Assembly (NCBI RefSeq): GCF_014280175.1
Contig: NZ_CP047931.1
Location: forward strand, 1,290,001 to 1,322,000
Length of the DNA: 32,000 nucleotides
Reading direction: 5' to 3'
Source: Synechococcus sp. A15-28
Lineage (GTDB): Bacteria; Cyanobacteriota; Cyanobacteriia; PCC-6307; Cyanobiaceae
The translations under genes and the position numbers were made by a program. Of the stretch, positions 1-8,039 are shown one piece after another (the first letter of the stretch is position 1; every line of letters starts with the position of its first letter). The notes beneath the pieces are model-generated. The model searched no databases. It was not told the DNA's origin and saw only the letters and a program-made list of their open reading frames with translations.

Positions 1-1
1 G

Positions 2-352
2 ATTCCGATGGCACTCCTCCTGATCCGGGTGTGCTGGCAGGTCCTGCGCCGCACCCTGCCCTGGCTGGTGGATCACATCGCCATCGCGCCCGAATCAATC
101 CACCGGGAAGCCATGGCGGTGGCCGGGGTGATCAACTGTCACGACATCGCCAGTCGCGGGGTTCTGGGTCAGCAGGTGTTCATCGACATGCACATGGTGG
201 TGGAAACCAACGACCTATCCACAGCCCATCGCATCACCGAACTGGTGGAGGAGCGACTCGATCGCGTCTTCGGACCGGTGCGCTGCACGATTCATCTGGA
301 ACCCAAGGATTATGTGGAGGACGGGATCACCTACACAGGCACCCATGGTTGA
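2..352 (+). CDS. Cation diffusion facilitator (cation efflux) family transporter, C-terminal part; truncated by window start
   Basis: Open frame from the window edge to TGA at 350-352. The protein (...PWLVDHIAIAPESIHREAMAVAGVINCHDIASRGVLGQQVFIDMHMVVETNDLSTAHRITELVEERL...) matches the cytoplasmic domain pattern of CDF transporters, including the H-x-I-x-x-R-G and AHRITE segments. Confidence 0.85.
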   Translation: MPMALLLIRVCWQVLRRTLPWLVDHIAIAPESIHREAMAVAGVINCHDIASRGVLGQQVFIDMHMVVETNDLSTAHRITELVEERLDRVFGPVRCTIHLEPKDYVEDGITYTGTHG

Positions 353-863
353 TCCGGACAATCCACTGGACGGGCTGACCGGTCGACAACGGCAGGCACT
401 CCAGAACCTGCTTAGCGACGTGCGCAGCTCCCTGGCCTGGTCATGGCAGCTCCCTGTCCTGATCCGACAGCGCTGCTGGCTTCGTCTGGAAATGATTCCG
501 TTGGGAGATCTGCACCGCTGGCTACCTCCCGACGGTCGCGAAGACGCACCGGAACTGGCGCGTTACCGCGAACTGGTGGCGCAGGGATGGTCACCACAGC
601 AGGCTCAGGAGCAGTGCTGGCAGGAATTTGGCGACGATGCATGCCGCACTGCACTGCAACGGTTCTGGGCCAGTCAACAGGAGCGACAACACGACTGGAC
701 CATGCAGCGCTATCTCGCGTTGATCAGTCGCTACAGGCAATCGATCGAATCAGGAATCACCACCATTCCGATGCTGGTGCTGCCCCGAGCTGGAGCAGCG
801 ACAGATCATCAGCTGCACTGGGTTTCGGACAGCACACCGCCGATGCGGCACACTTGCGCCTGA
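345..863 (+). CDS. Conserved hypothetical protein (cyanobacterial)
   Basis: 172 aa ORF whose ATG at 345 overlaps the upstream stop (8 nt overlap, translational coupling style). No recognisable family. Confidence 0.7.
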   Translation: MVDPDNPLDGLTGRQRQALQNLLSDVRSSLAWSWQLPVLIRQRCWLRLEMIPLGDLHRWLPPDGREDAPELARYRELVAQGWSPQQAQEQCWQEFGDDACRTALQRFWASQQERQHDWTMQRYLALISRYRQSIESGITTIPMLVLPRAGAATDHQLHWVSDSTPPMRHTCA

Positions 864-879
864 TTCCAGGCCATGGGCC

Positions 880-1437
880 ATGAGTGATTCCTACGGTGAA
901 CCCCAACAGCAAGGGGCTCAAGGCGACGATGTCCGCGGCCAGGGTGGACGAGGCGGTGCCCGTGGTGGCCGTGGTGGTGGCAACCGCGAAGGCGGCGGCT
1001 TCCGCATCCGCCTCAGCGAAAACGAAATGCGTTCCGCCCGGGCACTTCAGGAGGCCTTCAACCTTCGCTCCACCGTCGCCGTCCTGGGCTTTGCCCTGCG
1101 AACCCTGGGGCAGATGCTTGAAGACGGTCAGCTGGATGAGTTGATCGAACAGCAGCGCAATCAGGCCCCCCGTGGCCGCCGCGACGGCGGTGGTCGCGAT
1201 GGTGGCGGTCGCGATGGTGGTGGACGAGGACGACGCTCGGATGATGATCGCCAGGCCGGTCGCGGTTCACGACCCGACCCCTTTGCACGTCCATCCAAGC
1301 CTCAGCCAGAGCCGGAGCCAACACCAGAGCCAGAGCCGGAATCCACCGCCGATGCTGCCCCCGCAGACCCCTCGGACGAAACTCCGATGGACCTTCCCAG
1401 CGAGGAGGAGTCCAAGGAAGCAGCCCCTGAGGCCTGA
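880..1437 (+). CDS. Hypothetical protein with RGG/RDGG-rich low-complexity segments and a Pro/Glu-rich C-terminus
   Basis: 185 aa ORF ending 3 nt before trpS. It has a globular-looking core (FRIRLSENEMRSARALQEAFNLRSTVAVLGFALRTLGQMLEDGQLDELIEQQ) flanked by GGRGGARGGRGGG and RRDGGGRDGGGRDGGGRGRR. Confidence 0.75.
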   Translation: MSDSYGEPQQQGAQGDDVRGQGGRGGARGGRGGGNREGGGFRIRLSENEMRSARALQEAFNLRSTVAVLGFALRTLGQMLEDGQLDELIEQQRNQAPRGRRDGGGRDGGGRDGGGRGRRSDDDRQAGRGSRPDPFARPSKPQPEPEPTPEPEPESTADAAPADPSDETPMDLPSEEESKEAAPEA

Positions 1438-1440
1438 TCC

Positions 1441-2454
1441 ATGGGGAGACCGAGGGTTCTCTCTGGAGTGCAGCCGACCGGTGCCCTGCACCTCGGCAAC
1501 TGGCTGGGAGCGATTCGCAACTGGGTTGATCTCCAGGAGAGCCACGACACCTTTGTCTGCGTCGTGGATCTTCACGCCATCACCGTTCCCCACGACCCGG
1601 CACAGCTTGCTGAAGACACCCTCAACACCGCGGCGCTGTATCTGGCCTGCGGCATGGATCCTGACCGCTGCTCCATCTTCATCCAAAGCCAGGTTGCTGC
1701 CCACAGCGAGCTCTGCTGGCTGCTGAATTGCGTGACTCCGCTCAACTGGCTTGAGCGGATGATCCAGTTCAAGGAAAAGGCTGTCAAACAGGGGGACAAC
1801 GTGTCTGTTGGCCTCCTGGATTACCCCGTGTTGATGGCGGCAGACATCCTTCTCTACGACGCCGATCTCGTGCCGGTCGGGGAAGATCAGAAACAACACC
1901 TGGAACTGGCGCGCGACATCGCCCAGCAGAGGATTAACGCTCGCTTTGGAAGCGAGGACCAACCGGTGTTGAAGGTGCCCAAACCCCTCATCCTCATGGA
2001 GGGCGCCCGGGTGATGAGCCTTTCGGACGGTCGCAGCAAGATGAGCAAGAGCGACCCGAACGAGGGCAGCCGCATCACCCTGCTGGACCCGCCCGAACTC
2101 ATCACAAAGAAGATCAAACGGGCGAAGACCGATCCAGAGAGAGGACTTGAATTCGGCAATCCCGATCGTCCTGAAACAGACAATCTCCTCGGCCTCTACG
2201 CCATCCTCAGCGGCAAGGGCCGCGACGCAGCAGCTCAGGAATGTGCCGAGATGGGATGGGGCCAGTTCAAACCTCTTCTGGCAGAGGCTGCCGTGGCCGC
2301 TCTGGAGCCGATTCAGACACGCCACAGAGAGCTGATGGCAGATCGCATGGAGCTCGATCGCGTGCTGGAGAAGGGACGCGATCAAGCGGAATCGGTGGCC
2401 ACCGAAACCCTGGAAAGAGTGAGAAACGCCTTAGGCTTTGCCAAGCGCAGCTGA
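1441..2454 (+). CDS. trpS: Tryptophan--tRNA ligase
   Basis: 337 aa. Class I aaRS features: GVQPTGALHLGNWLGAIRNW (HIGH-like) and KMSKSDPNE (KMSKS). Confidence 0.97.
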   Translation: MGRPRVLSGVQPTGALHLGNWLGAIRNWVDLQESHDTFVCVVDLHAITVPHDPAQLAEDTLNTAALYLACGMDPDRCSIFIQSQVAAHSELCWLLNCVTPLNWLERMIQFKEKAVKQGDNVSVGLLDYPVLMAADILLYDADLVPVGEDQKQHLELARDIAQQRINARFGSEDQPVLKVPKPLILMEGARVMSLSDGRSKMSKSDPNEGSRITLLDPPELITKKIKRAKTDPERGLEFGNPDRPETDNLLGLYAILSGKGRDAAAQECAEMGWGQFKPLLAEAAVAALEPIQTRHRELMADRMELDRVLEKGRDQAESVATETLERVRNALGFAKRS

Positions 2455-2686
2455 TATCACACTGCCGAAGTAATCAGCCCAGCTGATCAGATCAGCTCCA
2501 ACAAGCAACCATTCCCTCAAGCCCGGGATCCCCCCAAACAGCACCGGCGGCAGCGCGTCTCACGTGTCACAAGCCCTCGCACTGACGGCTTAGACACACT
2601 TTCATGAGATCGTCAAGGCCTCTAGGGTCCCTCTCGTATCCGACCCTGTCCTTCCATCAGTTTGGTCGCTCCTTCTTTTGACCTGA

Positions 2687-3346
2687 GTGCCTCAGCAGTT
2701 CCTTCACAGCACAGAGCGGTCAGCGTTGTTGTCTCTGTCCGCCCCTCTGTTTTGTGGGGTTCTTCTCTGTGCCGGGGCATCACCGGTTGCCACAGCCACC
2801 AATCTTGGCAACCGAAAGATTCCTGAATTGAAACGGGCACTCCTTGCGCATGATCAAGAGCAAGGCCCTTACCGGATGACTCCCGAACGTCGCGCTCTGC
2901 TCAACACCATCCGCTACGCCGAGGGCACCTGGACCAACGGTGAAGACAAGGGCTATCGCACCCTTTACGGCGGGGGCCGCTTTCAGGACCTGTCCCATCA
3001 TCCGGAGAAGGTCGTGGTGAAGCGTTACTCCAGCGCTGCAGCTGGTGCGTATCAATTTCTACCCACAACCTGGAAAGGACTGGCCAAGGAACTGCGCCTC
3101 AACAGTTTCGAACCGAAGCATCAGGACCAGGCAGCACTGCATCTGGTCAAGCGACGCGGAGCACTGCAGGAAATCGACAGCCGCGGCCTGACGACGGCAG
3201 CCATGGCGCAACTGGCACCGGAGTGGGCTTCCTTCCCCACCCGCTCGGGTCGTTCGGCCTACGGCCAGCCCGTCAAAAGCCACCATGAACTGGCGAGCTT
3301 CTACGCCAGGAATCTGAGGCAACTCAGAGCCCAACGCGAAACCTGA
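2687..3346 (+). CDS. Secreted lysozyme/muramidase, phage lambda endolysin R-like (glycoside hydrolase family 104 type)
   Basis: GTG start, 219 aa, hydrophobic N-terminus suggestive of a signal peptide. The domain IRYAEGTWTNGEDKGYRTLYGGGRFQDLSHHPEKVV...SSAAAGAYQFLPTTWKGLAKELRLNSFEPKHQDQAALHLVKRRGALQEID parallels the lambda R protein (AWSEGTDNG...GYDVIVGGELFTDYSDHP...STGAGRYQLL...SPKSQDAVALQQIKERGAL), including the probable catalytic Glu. Confidence 0.85.
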   Translation: MPQQFLHSTERSALLSLSAPLFCGVLLCAGASPVATATNLGNRKIPELKRALLAHDQEQGPYRMTPERRALLNTIRYAEGTWTNGEDKGYRTLYGGGRFQDLSHHPEKVVVKRYSSAAAGAYQFLPTTWKGLAKELRLNSFEPKHQDQAALHLVKRRGALQEIDSRGLTTAAMAQLAPEWASFPTRSGRSAYGQPVKSHHELASFYARNLRQLRAQRET

Positions 3347-3673
3347 TCAGCTGCTGGCACGCCCGATCCTGGCGGCCAAGCCCCACACCTCCGTGACCAG
3401 GCCGTGCAATGGCGTCATTGCTTCCATGGAGACGGTCATCGGCTGTGACGAGGCCTTCATCAGGGCACGCGTCGCCGCAACGGCGCGTTGCCCTTCCAGA
3501 AGACGCTCTCGAAAGGCACACTGATTGTCGTGACTGAGAACAGAGGCAGGACAGTCCTGCAGCAGCTGCTCGCCACGCTGGAACCAGTGGTCAAAGTCAT
3601 CCAGCAACGAGATCAGCAGCGACTCCATCAGAGCGCCGGCGTCTTGTTTGAGAGGAGCATCACCGGCTGTCAT
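3347..3673 (-). CDS. DUF2605 family protein
   Basis: 108 aa from ATG at 3673 (the track's longer ORF to 3871 runs into thrS). Pattern LLDDFDHWFQRGEQLL...RERLLEGQRAVAATRALMKAS...LVTEVWGLA resembles cyanobacterial DUF2605. Confidence 0.7.
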   Translation of the reverse strand: MTAGDAPLKQDAGALMESLLISLLDDFDHWFQRGEQLLQDCPASVLSHDNQCAFRERLLEGQRAVAATRALMKASSQPMTVSMEAMTPLHGLVTEVWGLAARIGRASS

Positions 3674-3701
3674 GACGTTCGACTGAACAACGGCCCATAA
3701 G

Positions 3702-5528
3702 ATGACGGACCCTGACCGGAAACTGGTGAGCAGCGCGGCCGTCATGTCCTCAGCACCCGTCGTTCTGCCCAAAACCAGCGAAAATGAGCAGCTGCTGAAG
3801 ATCCGCCACTCCATGAGCCATGTGATGGCCATGGCGGTGCAGCAGTTGTTTCCCAAGGCACGCGTCACCATCGGCCCCTGGACCGAAAACGGTTTCTATT
3901 ACGACTTCGACAATCCCGATCCCTTCACGGAAGCCGATCTGAAGGCGATCAAAAAGTCGATGATCAAGATCATCAACAGGAAGCTCCCGCTGGAACGGGT
4001 GGAGGTGAGCCGCAGCGAAGCCGAGGCAAAGATCAAGACCCAGAACGAGCCCTACAAGCTCGAGATTCTCGAAGGACTGCAAGAGCCAATCACCCTTTAC
4101 ACCCTGGGTGAGGAGTGGTGGGACCTCTGCGCCGGCCCCCACGTGGAGCACACCGGTCAACTCAACGCCAAGGCATTCGAGCTGGAAAGCGTGGCAGGTG
4201 CCTACTGGCGCGGCGATGAAACCAAAGCCCAACTGCAGCGGATCTACGGCACCGCCTGGGAAACCCCCGAACAGCTGGCCGAGCACAAACGCCGCAAAGA
4301 AGAGGCGTTGCGCCGGGATCACCGCCGCATCGGCAAGGATCTCGACCTCTTTTCGATCGAGGACGAAGCCGGTGCCGGGCTGGTGTTCTGGCACCCCCGC
4401 GGCTCACGCATGCGTCTGCTGATCGAGGACTTCTGGCGCCAGGCCCACTTCGAAGGCGGTTACGAGCTGCTCTACACCCCCCACGTGGCGGACATCAGCC
4501 TCTGGAAAACCTCAGGCCACCTCGACTTCTACGCCGAAAGCATGTTCGGCCCGATGGAGGTGGACGAGCGGGAATACCAGCTCAAGCCAATGAACTGCCC
4601 GTTCCACGTGCTCACCTACGCCAGCAAACTGCGCAGCTATCGAGAGCTGCCGATCCGCTGGGCGGAGCTGGGAACGGTGTATCGCTACGAGCGCCCCGGC
4701 GTGATGCATGGCTTGATGCGGGTGCGCGGCTTCACCCAGGACGACGCCCACGTGTTCTGTCTTCCTGAACAGATCAGTGATGAGATCCTGCGCATCCTTG
4801 ATCTCACCGAGCGCATCCTCTCCACCTTCGATTTCAACAACTACGAAATCAACCTCTCCACCCGACCGGAGAAATCAATCGGGGATGACGCCGTGTGGGA
4901 CCTGGCCACCAAGGGCCTGATCGAAGCGCTGGAGCGCAAGGGCTGGGCTTACAAGATTGACGAGGGCGGCGGCGCTTTCTACGGCCCCAAGATCGATCTC
5001 AAGATCGAAGACGCCATCGGCCGGATGTGGCAGTGCTCCACCATACAGCTGGATTTCAACCTGCCGGAACGGTTCGAGCTCGACTTCATCGCCGCTGATG
5101 GCAGCAAGCAGCGGCCGATCATGATCCACCGCGCCATCTTCGGCTCGCTGGAACGGTTCTTCGGGATCATGACCGAGAACTACGCCGGCGATTACCCCTT
5201 CTGGCTGGCTCCTGAACAGGTGCGCCTGTTGCCGGTCACCGACGAGGTGCAGCCCTACGCGGAGCAGTTGCTGGACCAGCTCACCCAAGCAGGCGTTCGC
5301 GCCACCATCGACCGCAGCGGCGACCGTCTCGGCAAGTTGATCCGCACCGGCGAACAGATGAAGATTCCTGTGCTGGCCGTCATCGGTGCCAAAGAGGCCG
5401 AACAGAACGCCGTCAGCCTGCGCAGCCGCCGCGACGGTGATCTGGGGGTCACGGCTGTGGCAGATCTGCTCAATGCAGCCCAGACGGCCAATAGCCAGCG
5501 CGCCGCGGGCCTGGAGCTGAACCAATGA
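3702..5528 (+). CDS. thrS: Threonine--tRNA ligase
   Basis: 608 aa from ATG 3702; an internal ATG at 3744 (MSSAPVVLPKTSENEQLL) is a plausible true start. Class II ThrRS motifs: RHSMSHVMAMAVQQLFP, LKPMNCPFHV, MRVRGFTQDDAHVFC, HRAIFGSLERFFG. Confidence 0.96.
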   Translation: MTDPDRKLVSSAAVMSSAPVVLPKTSENEQLLKIRHSMSHVMAMAVQQLFPKARVTIGPWTENGFYYDFDNPDPFTEADLKAIKKSMIKIINRKLPLERVEVSRSEAEAKIKTQNEPYKLEILEGLQEPITLYTLGEEWWDLCAGPHVEHTGQLNAKAFELESVAGAYWRGDETKAQLQRIYGTAWETPEQLAEHKRRKEEALRRDHRRIGKDLDLFSIEDEAGAGLVFWHPRGSRMRLLIEDFWRQAHFEGGYELLYTPHVADISLWKTSGHLDFYAESMFGPMEVDEREYQLKPMNCPFHVLTYASKLRSYRELPIRWAELGTVYRYERPGVMHGLMRVRGFTQDDAHVFCLPEQISDEILRILDLTERILSTFDFNNYEINLSTRPEKSIGDDAVWDLATKGLIEALERKGWAYKIDEGGGAFYGPKIDLKIEDAIGRMWQCSTIQLDFNLPERFELDFIAADGSKQRPIMIHRAIFGSLERFFGIMTENYAGDYPFWLAPEQVRLLPVTDEVQPYAEQLLDQLTQAGVRATIDRSGDRLGKLIRTGEQMKIPVLAVIGAKEAEQNAVSLRSRRDGDLGVTAVADLLNAAQTANSQRAAGLELNQ

Positions 5529-5917
5529 CGGAATCCTCCATCACGTCCCTCGGCGATCTCGCCCGTTTACGCGGTGCGCCGGAGCTCACCGCCGAAACGG
5601 CCGACCGGCTCCGGGCCGAGCTTCACCAGGCCATGGCCAGCGCCAGTTGGTTCACCGCCGGCGTCATGGCTCCATCTGCTGCCCAAGCGCTTTCAGCCCT
5701 GCGGGCGCTGGAACGAAGCCAGGGATGGGATGCCATGAAACTGATGAGCAGCTGCGATGAAGACGGCCCTGTCTTCCTCAAAGCAAACCAACAAGGTGGA
5801 TCGATCCGCATCCGCATCGAGCACGGCCTCGGTGAAGGGATTCTCATCAGCGGTCACGGCGATGACGAGAACACTCCCAGCACCACCTGGGGACCGCTGC
5901 CGTTGGATTTTTTCTGA
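5525..5917 (+). CDS. DUF1824 family protein
   Basis: 130 aa, overlaps the thrS stop by 4 nt. YCF-like small cyanobacterial protein; family assignment by pattern similarity (LMSSCDEDGPVFLKANQQGGSIRIRIEHGLGEGILISGH). Confidence 0.65.
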   Translation: MTESSITSLGDLARLRGAPELTAETADRLRAELHQAMASASWFTAGVMAPSAAQALSALRALERSQGWDAMKLMSSCDEDGPVFLKANQQGGSIRIRIEHGLGEGILISGHGDDENTPSTTWGPLPLDFF

Positions 5918-5985
5918 ACAGCCATCGGTCGTTGCCCTTCATCGGGATTGTTCGCAGCCTGAGTGGTAGCTCCATCCCTTGATCA

Positions 5986-7020
5986 ATGCCCCGTCCGACT
6001 CTTCTCGCCGGCGACATGGGGGGGACGAAGACCCTTCTGGCTCTCTATGACCTGGAGGACAACAGGCTGACCAAGCGCCACCAGCAACGGTTTGTCTCGG
6101 CGGATTGGCCGTCGCTGGAGCCCATGCTTCATGCGTTCGTGGAGGAACGTCCCAAGGACGTTCATGCGCCAACCCATGGCTGCATCGCGGTGGCAGGACC
6201 GGTTCGCAACCGGCAGGCACGGATCACCAACCTTCCCTGGCAGCTGCAAGAAGAGGATCTGGCTGCTGCTGCAGAAATGCAGCAACTGGAGCTCGTGAAT
6301 GATTTCGGCGTACTGATCTACGGCTTGCCTCACTTCGAGGACTATCAGCAGGTGGTGTTGCAGGACGGTCACCAGGATCAAGGTCCTCTGGCCATCCTTG
6401 GCGCCGGGACCGGCCTTGGCATGGCTCGGGGTGTCCAAACCAGCAGTGGGCTCATGGCTCTGTCGAGCGAGGGGGGCCATCGCGAATTCGCACCACGCAG
6501 CGACGAGGAGTGGCAACTGGCCTGCTGGCTGAAGGAAGACCTGGGAGTCGACCGCCTGTCGATCGAGCGGGTGGTGAGCGGCACAGGGCTTGGCCATATC
6601 GCCCACTGGATGTTGCAGCAACCAGGGGGCCAATCCCATCCCCTCCGATCTGTAGCTGAGGCCTGGCGGCGGAATATGGCAAGTGACCTGCCGGCGCATG
6701 TGTCCGTGGCGGCTGAAGAGGGAGACCCTCTGATGCGCCGCGCCCTTGACCTCTGGCTATCGGCCTACGGCTCGGCAACGGGCGATCTCGCCCTGCAGGA
6801 ACTCTGCAGCGGTGGACTTTGGGTGGGAGGCGGCACAGCCTCCAAACAACTCAAGGGACTGCAATCCCCTCTGTTCCTTGAGGCGATGCGAGACAAAGGT
6901 CGGTTTGAAGAGTTCATCAGCGGTCTGAAGGTCACCGCTGTGATCGATCCGGAGGCCGGTCTGTTTAGCTCTGCCTGTCGAGCACGGATGTTGGCGGAGT
7001 CGGGTGGGACACTGGCCTGA
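5986..7020 (+). CDS. glk: Glucokinase (Glk family)
   Basis: 344 aa. LLAGDMGGTKTLLALYD, AVAGPVRNRQARITNLPW, LELVNDF, LGAGTGLGMA and EGGHREFAP are typical of bacterial Glk. Confidence 0.93.
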   Translation: MPRPTLLAGDMGGTKTLLALYDLEDNRLTKRHQQRFVSADWPSLEPMLHAFVEERPKDVHAPTHGCIAVAGPVRNRQARITNLPWQLQEEDLAAAAEMQQLELVNDFGVLIYGLPHFEDYQQVVLQDGHQDQGPLAILGAGTGLGMARGVQTSSGLMALSSEGGHREFAPRSDEEWQLACWLKEDLGVDRLSIERVVSGTGLGHIAHWMLQQPGGQSHPLRSVAEAWRRNMASDLPAHVSVAAEEGDPLMRRALDLWLSAYGSATGDLALQELCSGGLWVGGGTASKQLKGLQSPLFLEAMRDKGRFEEFISGLKVTAVIDPEAGLFSSACRARMLAESGGTLA

Positions 7021-7034
7021 GCAGACGATCAGGG

Positions 7035-7982
7035 ATGGCGCAGCCGCGCATCGGTCAGAAAGTGGTGGTGGATGTGCCAGCGACCACCGCCAACCTCGGA
7101 CCGGGCTTCGACTGCCTGGGTGCCGCCCTGGATCTCAACAACCGCTTTGCGATGCGGCGGATCGAAGGAAGCGGCGAGAGATTCGAATTGATCATCGAAG
7201 GCACGGAGGGCAGTCACCTGCGCGGCGGGCCTGACAACCTCGTCTATCGGGCTGCTCAACGGGTCTGGAAGGCCGCGAACATGGAGCCCGTCGCCTTGGA
7301 AGCACGGGTCCGTCTGGCGGTGCCGCCAGCGAGGGGGCTCGGCAGCAGCGCCACCGCCATCGTGGCCGGACTGATGGGAGCCAATGCCCTCGTGGGTGAA
7401 CCCCTCAGCAAGGAGAAACTGCTGGAGCTGGCCATCGACATCGAGGGCCACCCAGACAACGTTGTGCCCTCGCTGCTGGGAGGGCTGTGCATGACGGCCA
7501 AGGCGGCCTCTCAGCGATGGAGGGTGGTGCGCTGCGAATGGATCAACAGCGTCAAGGCCGTGGTGGCCATTCCATCGATTCGCCTCAGCACCAGTGAAGC
7601 CCGTCGGGCGATGCCGAAGGCCATCCCAGTCAGCGATGCCGTAGTCAATCTGGGGGCACTCACCCTGTTGCTGCAGGGACTTCGAACCGGCAACGGTGAT
7701 CTGATCGCCGATGGCATGCACGACCGCCTGCATGAGCCGTACCGCTGGCGCCTGATCAAGGGCGGAGACGTGGTCAAAGCCGCAGCAATGGAGGCAGGGG
7801 CCTGGGGATGCGCCATCAGCGGAGCGGGGCCGAGCATCATTGCCCTGTGCACAGAAGACAAAGGCCTGGCCGTGAGTCGGGCCATGGTCAAGGCCTGGGA
7901 AAGTGCCGGTGTGGCCAGCCGGGCTCCCGTGCTGAATTTGCAGACTTCAGGAAGTCACTGGCAGCCCGCCGAACCTGGGTAG
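7035..7982 (+). CDS. thrB: Homoserine kinase
   Basis: 315 aa GHMP kinase: VPATTANLGPGFDCLGAALDLNN, VPPARGLGSSATAIVAGLMGAN, GCAISGAGPSIIAL. Confidence 0.96.
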   Translation: MAQPRIGQKVVVDVPATTANLGPGFDCLGAALDLNNRFAMRRIEGSGERFELIIEGTEGSHLRGGPDNLVYRAAQRVWKAANMEPVALEARVRLAVPPARGLGSSATAIVAGLMGANALVGEPLSKEKLLELAIDIEGHPDNVVPSLLGGLCMTAKAASQRWRVVRCEWINSVKAVVAIPSIRLSTSEARRAMPKAIPVSDAVVNLGALTLLLQGLRTGNGDLIADGMHDRLHEPYRWRLIKGGDVVKAAAMEAGAWGCAISGAGPSIIALCTEDKGLAVSRAMVKAWESAGVASRAPVLNLQTSGSHWQPAEPG

Positions 7983-8011
7983 TTGTACCCAGCTCACAGG
8001 GTCAGCCCTGT
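7975..8011 (+). terminator. Two tandem hairpins at the thrB 3' end, possible terminator or processing element
   Basis: CTGGGTA-GTTG-TACCCAG (7975-7992, 7 bp) and ACAGGG-TCAG-CCCTGT (7996-8011, 6 bp), followed by TAGCTTTGTT. Confidence 0.5.
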
Positions 8012-8039
8012 TAGCTTTGTTAAAGATTGCGGACGCTGA

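Noticed and set aside
1267-2385. 372 aa minus-strand ORF
   Set aside because: Antisense to trpS, a strongly supported gene.
2687-3346. Possible prophage island around the lambda-R-like lysozyme
   Set aside because: Neighbouring genes (trpS, DUF2605, thrS) are housekeeping or cyanobacterial core, and no phage structural, integrase or holin genes or att-like repeats were seen.
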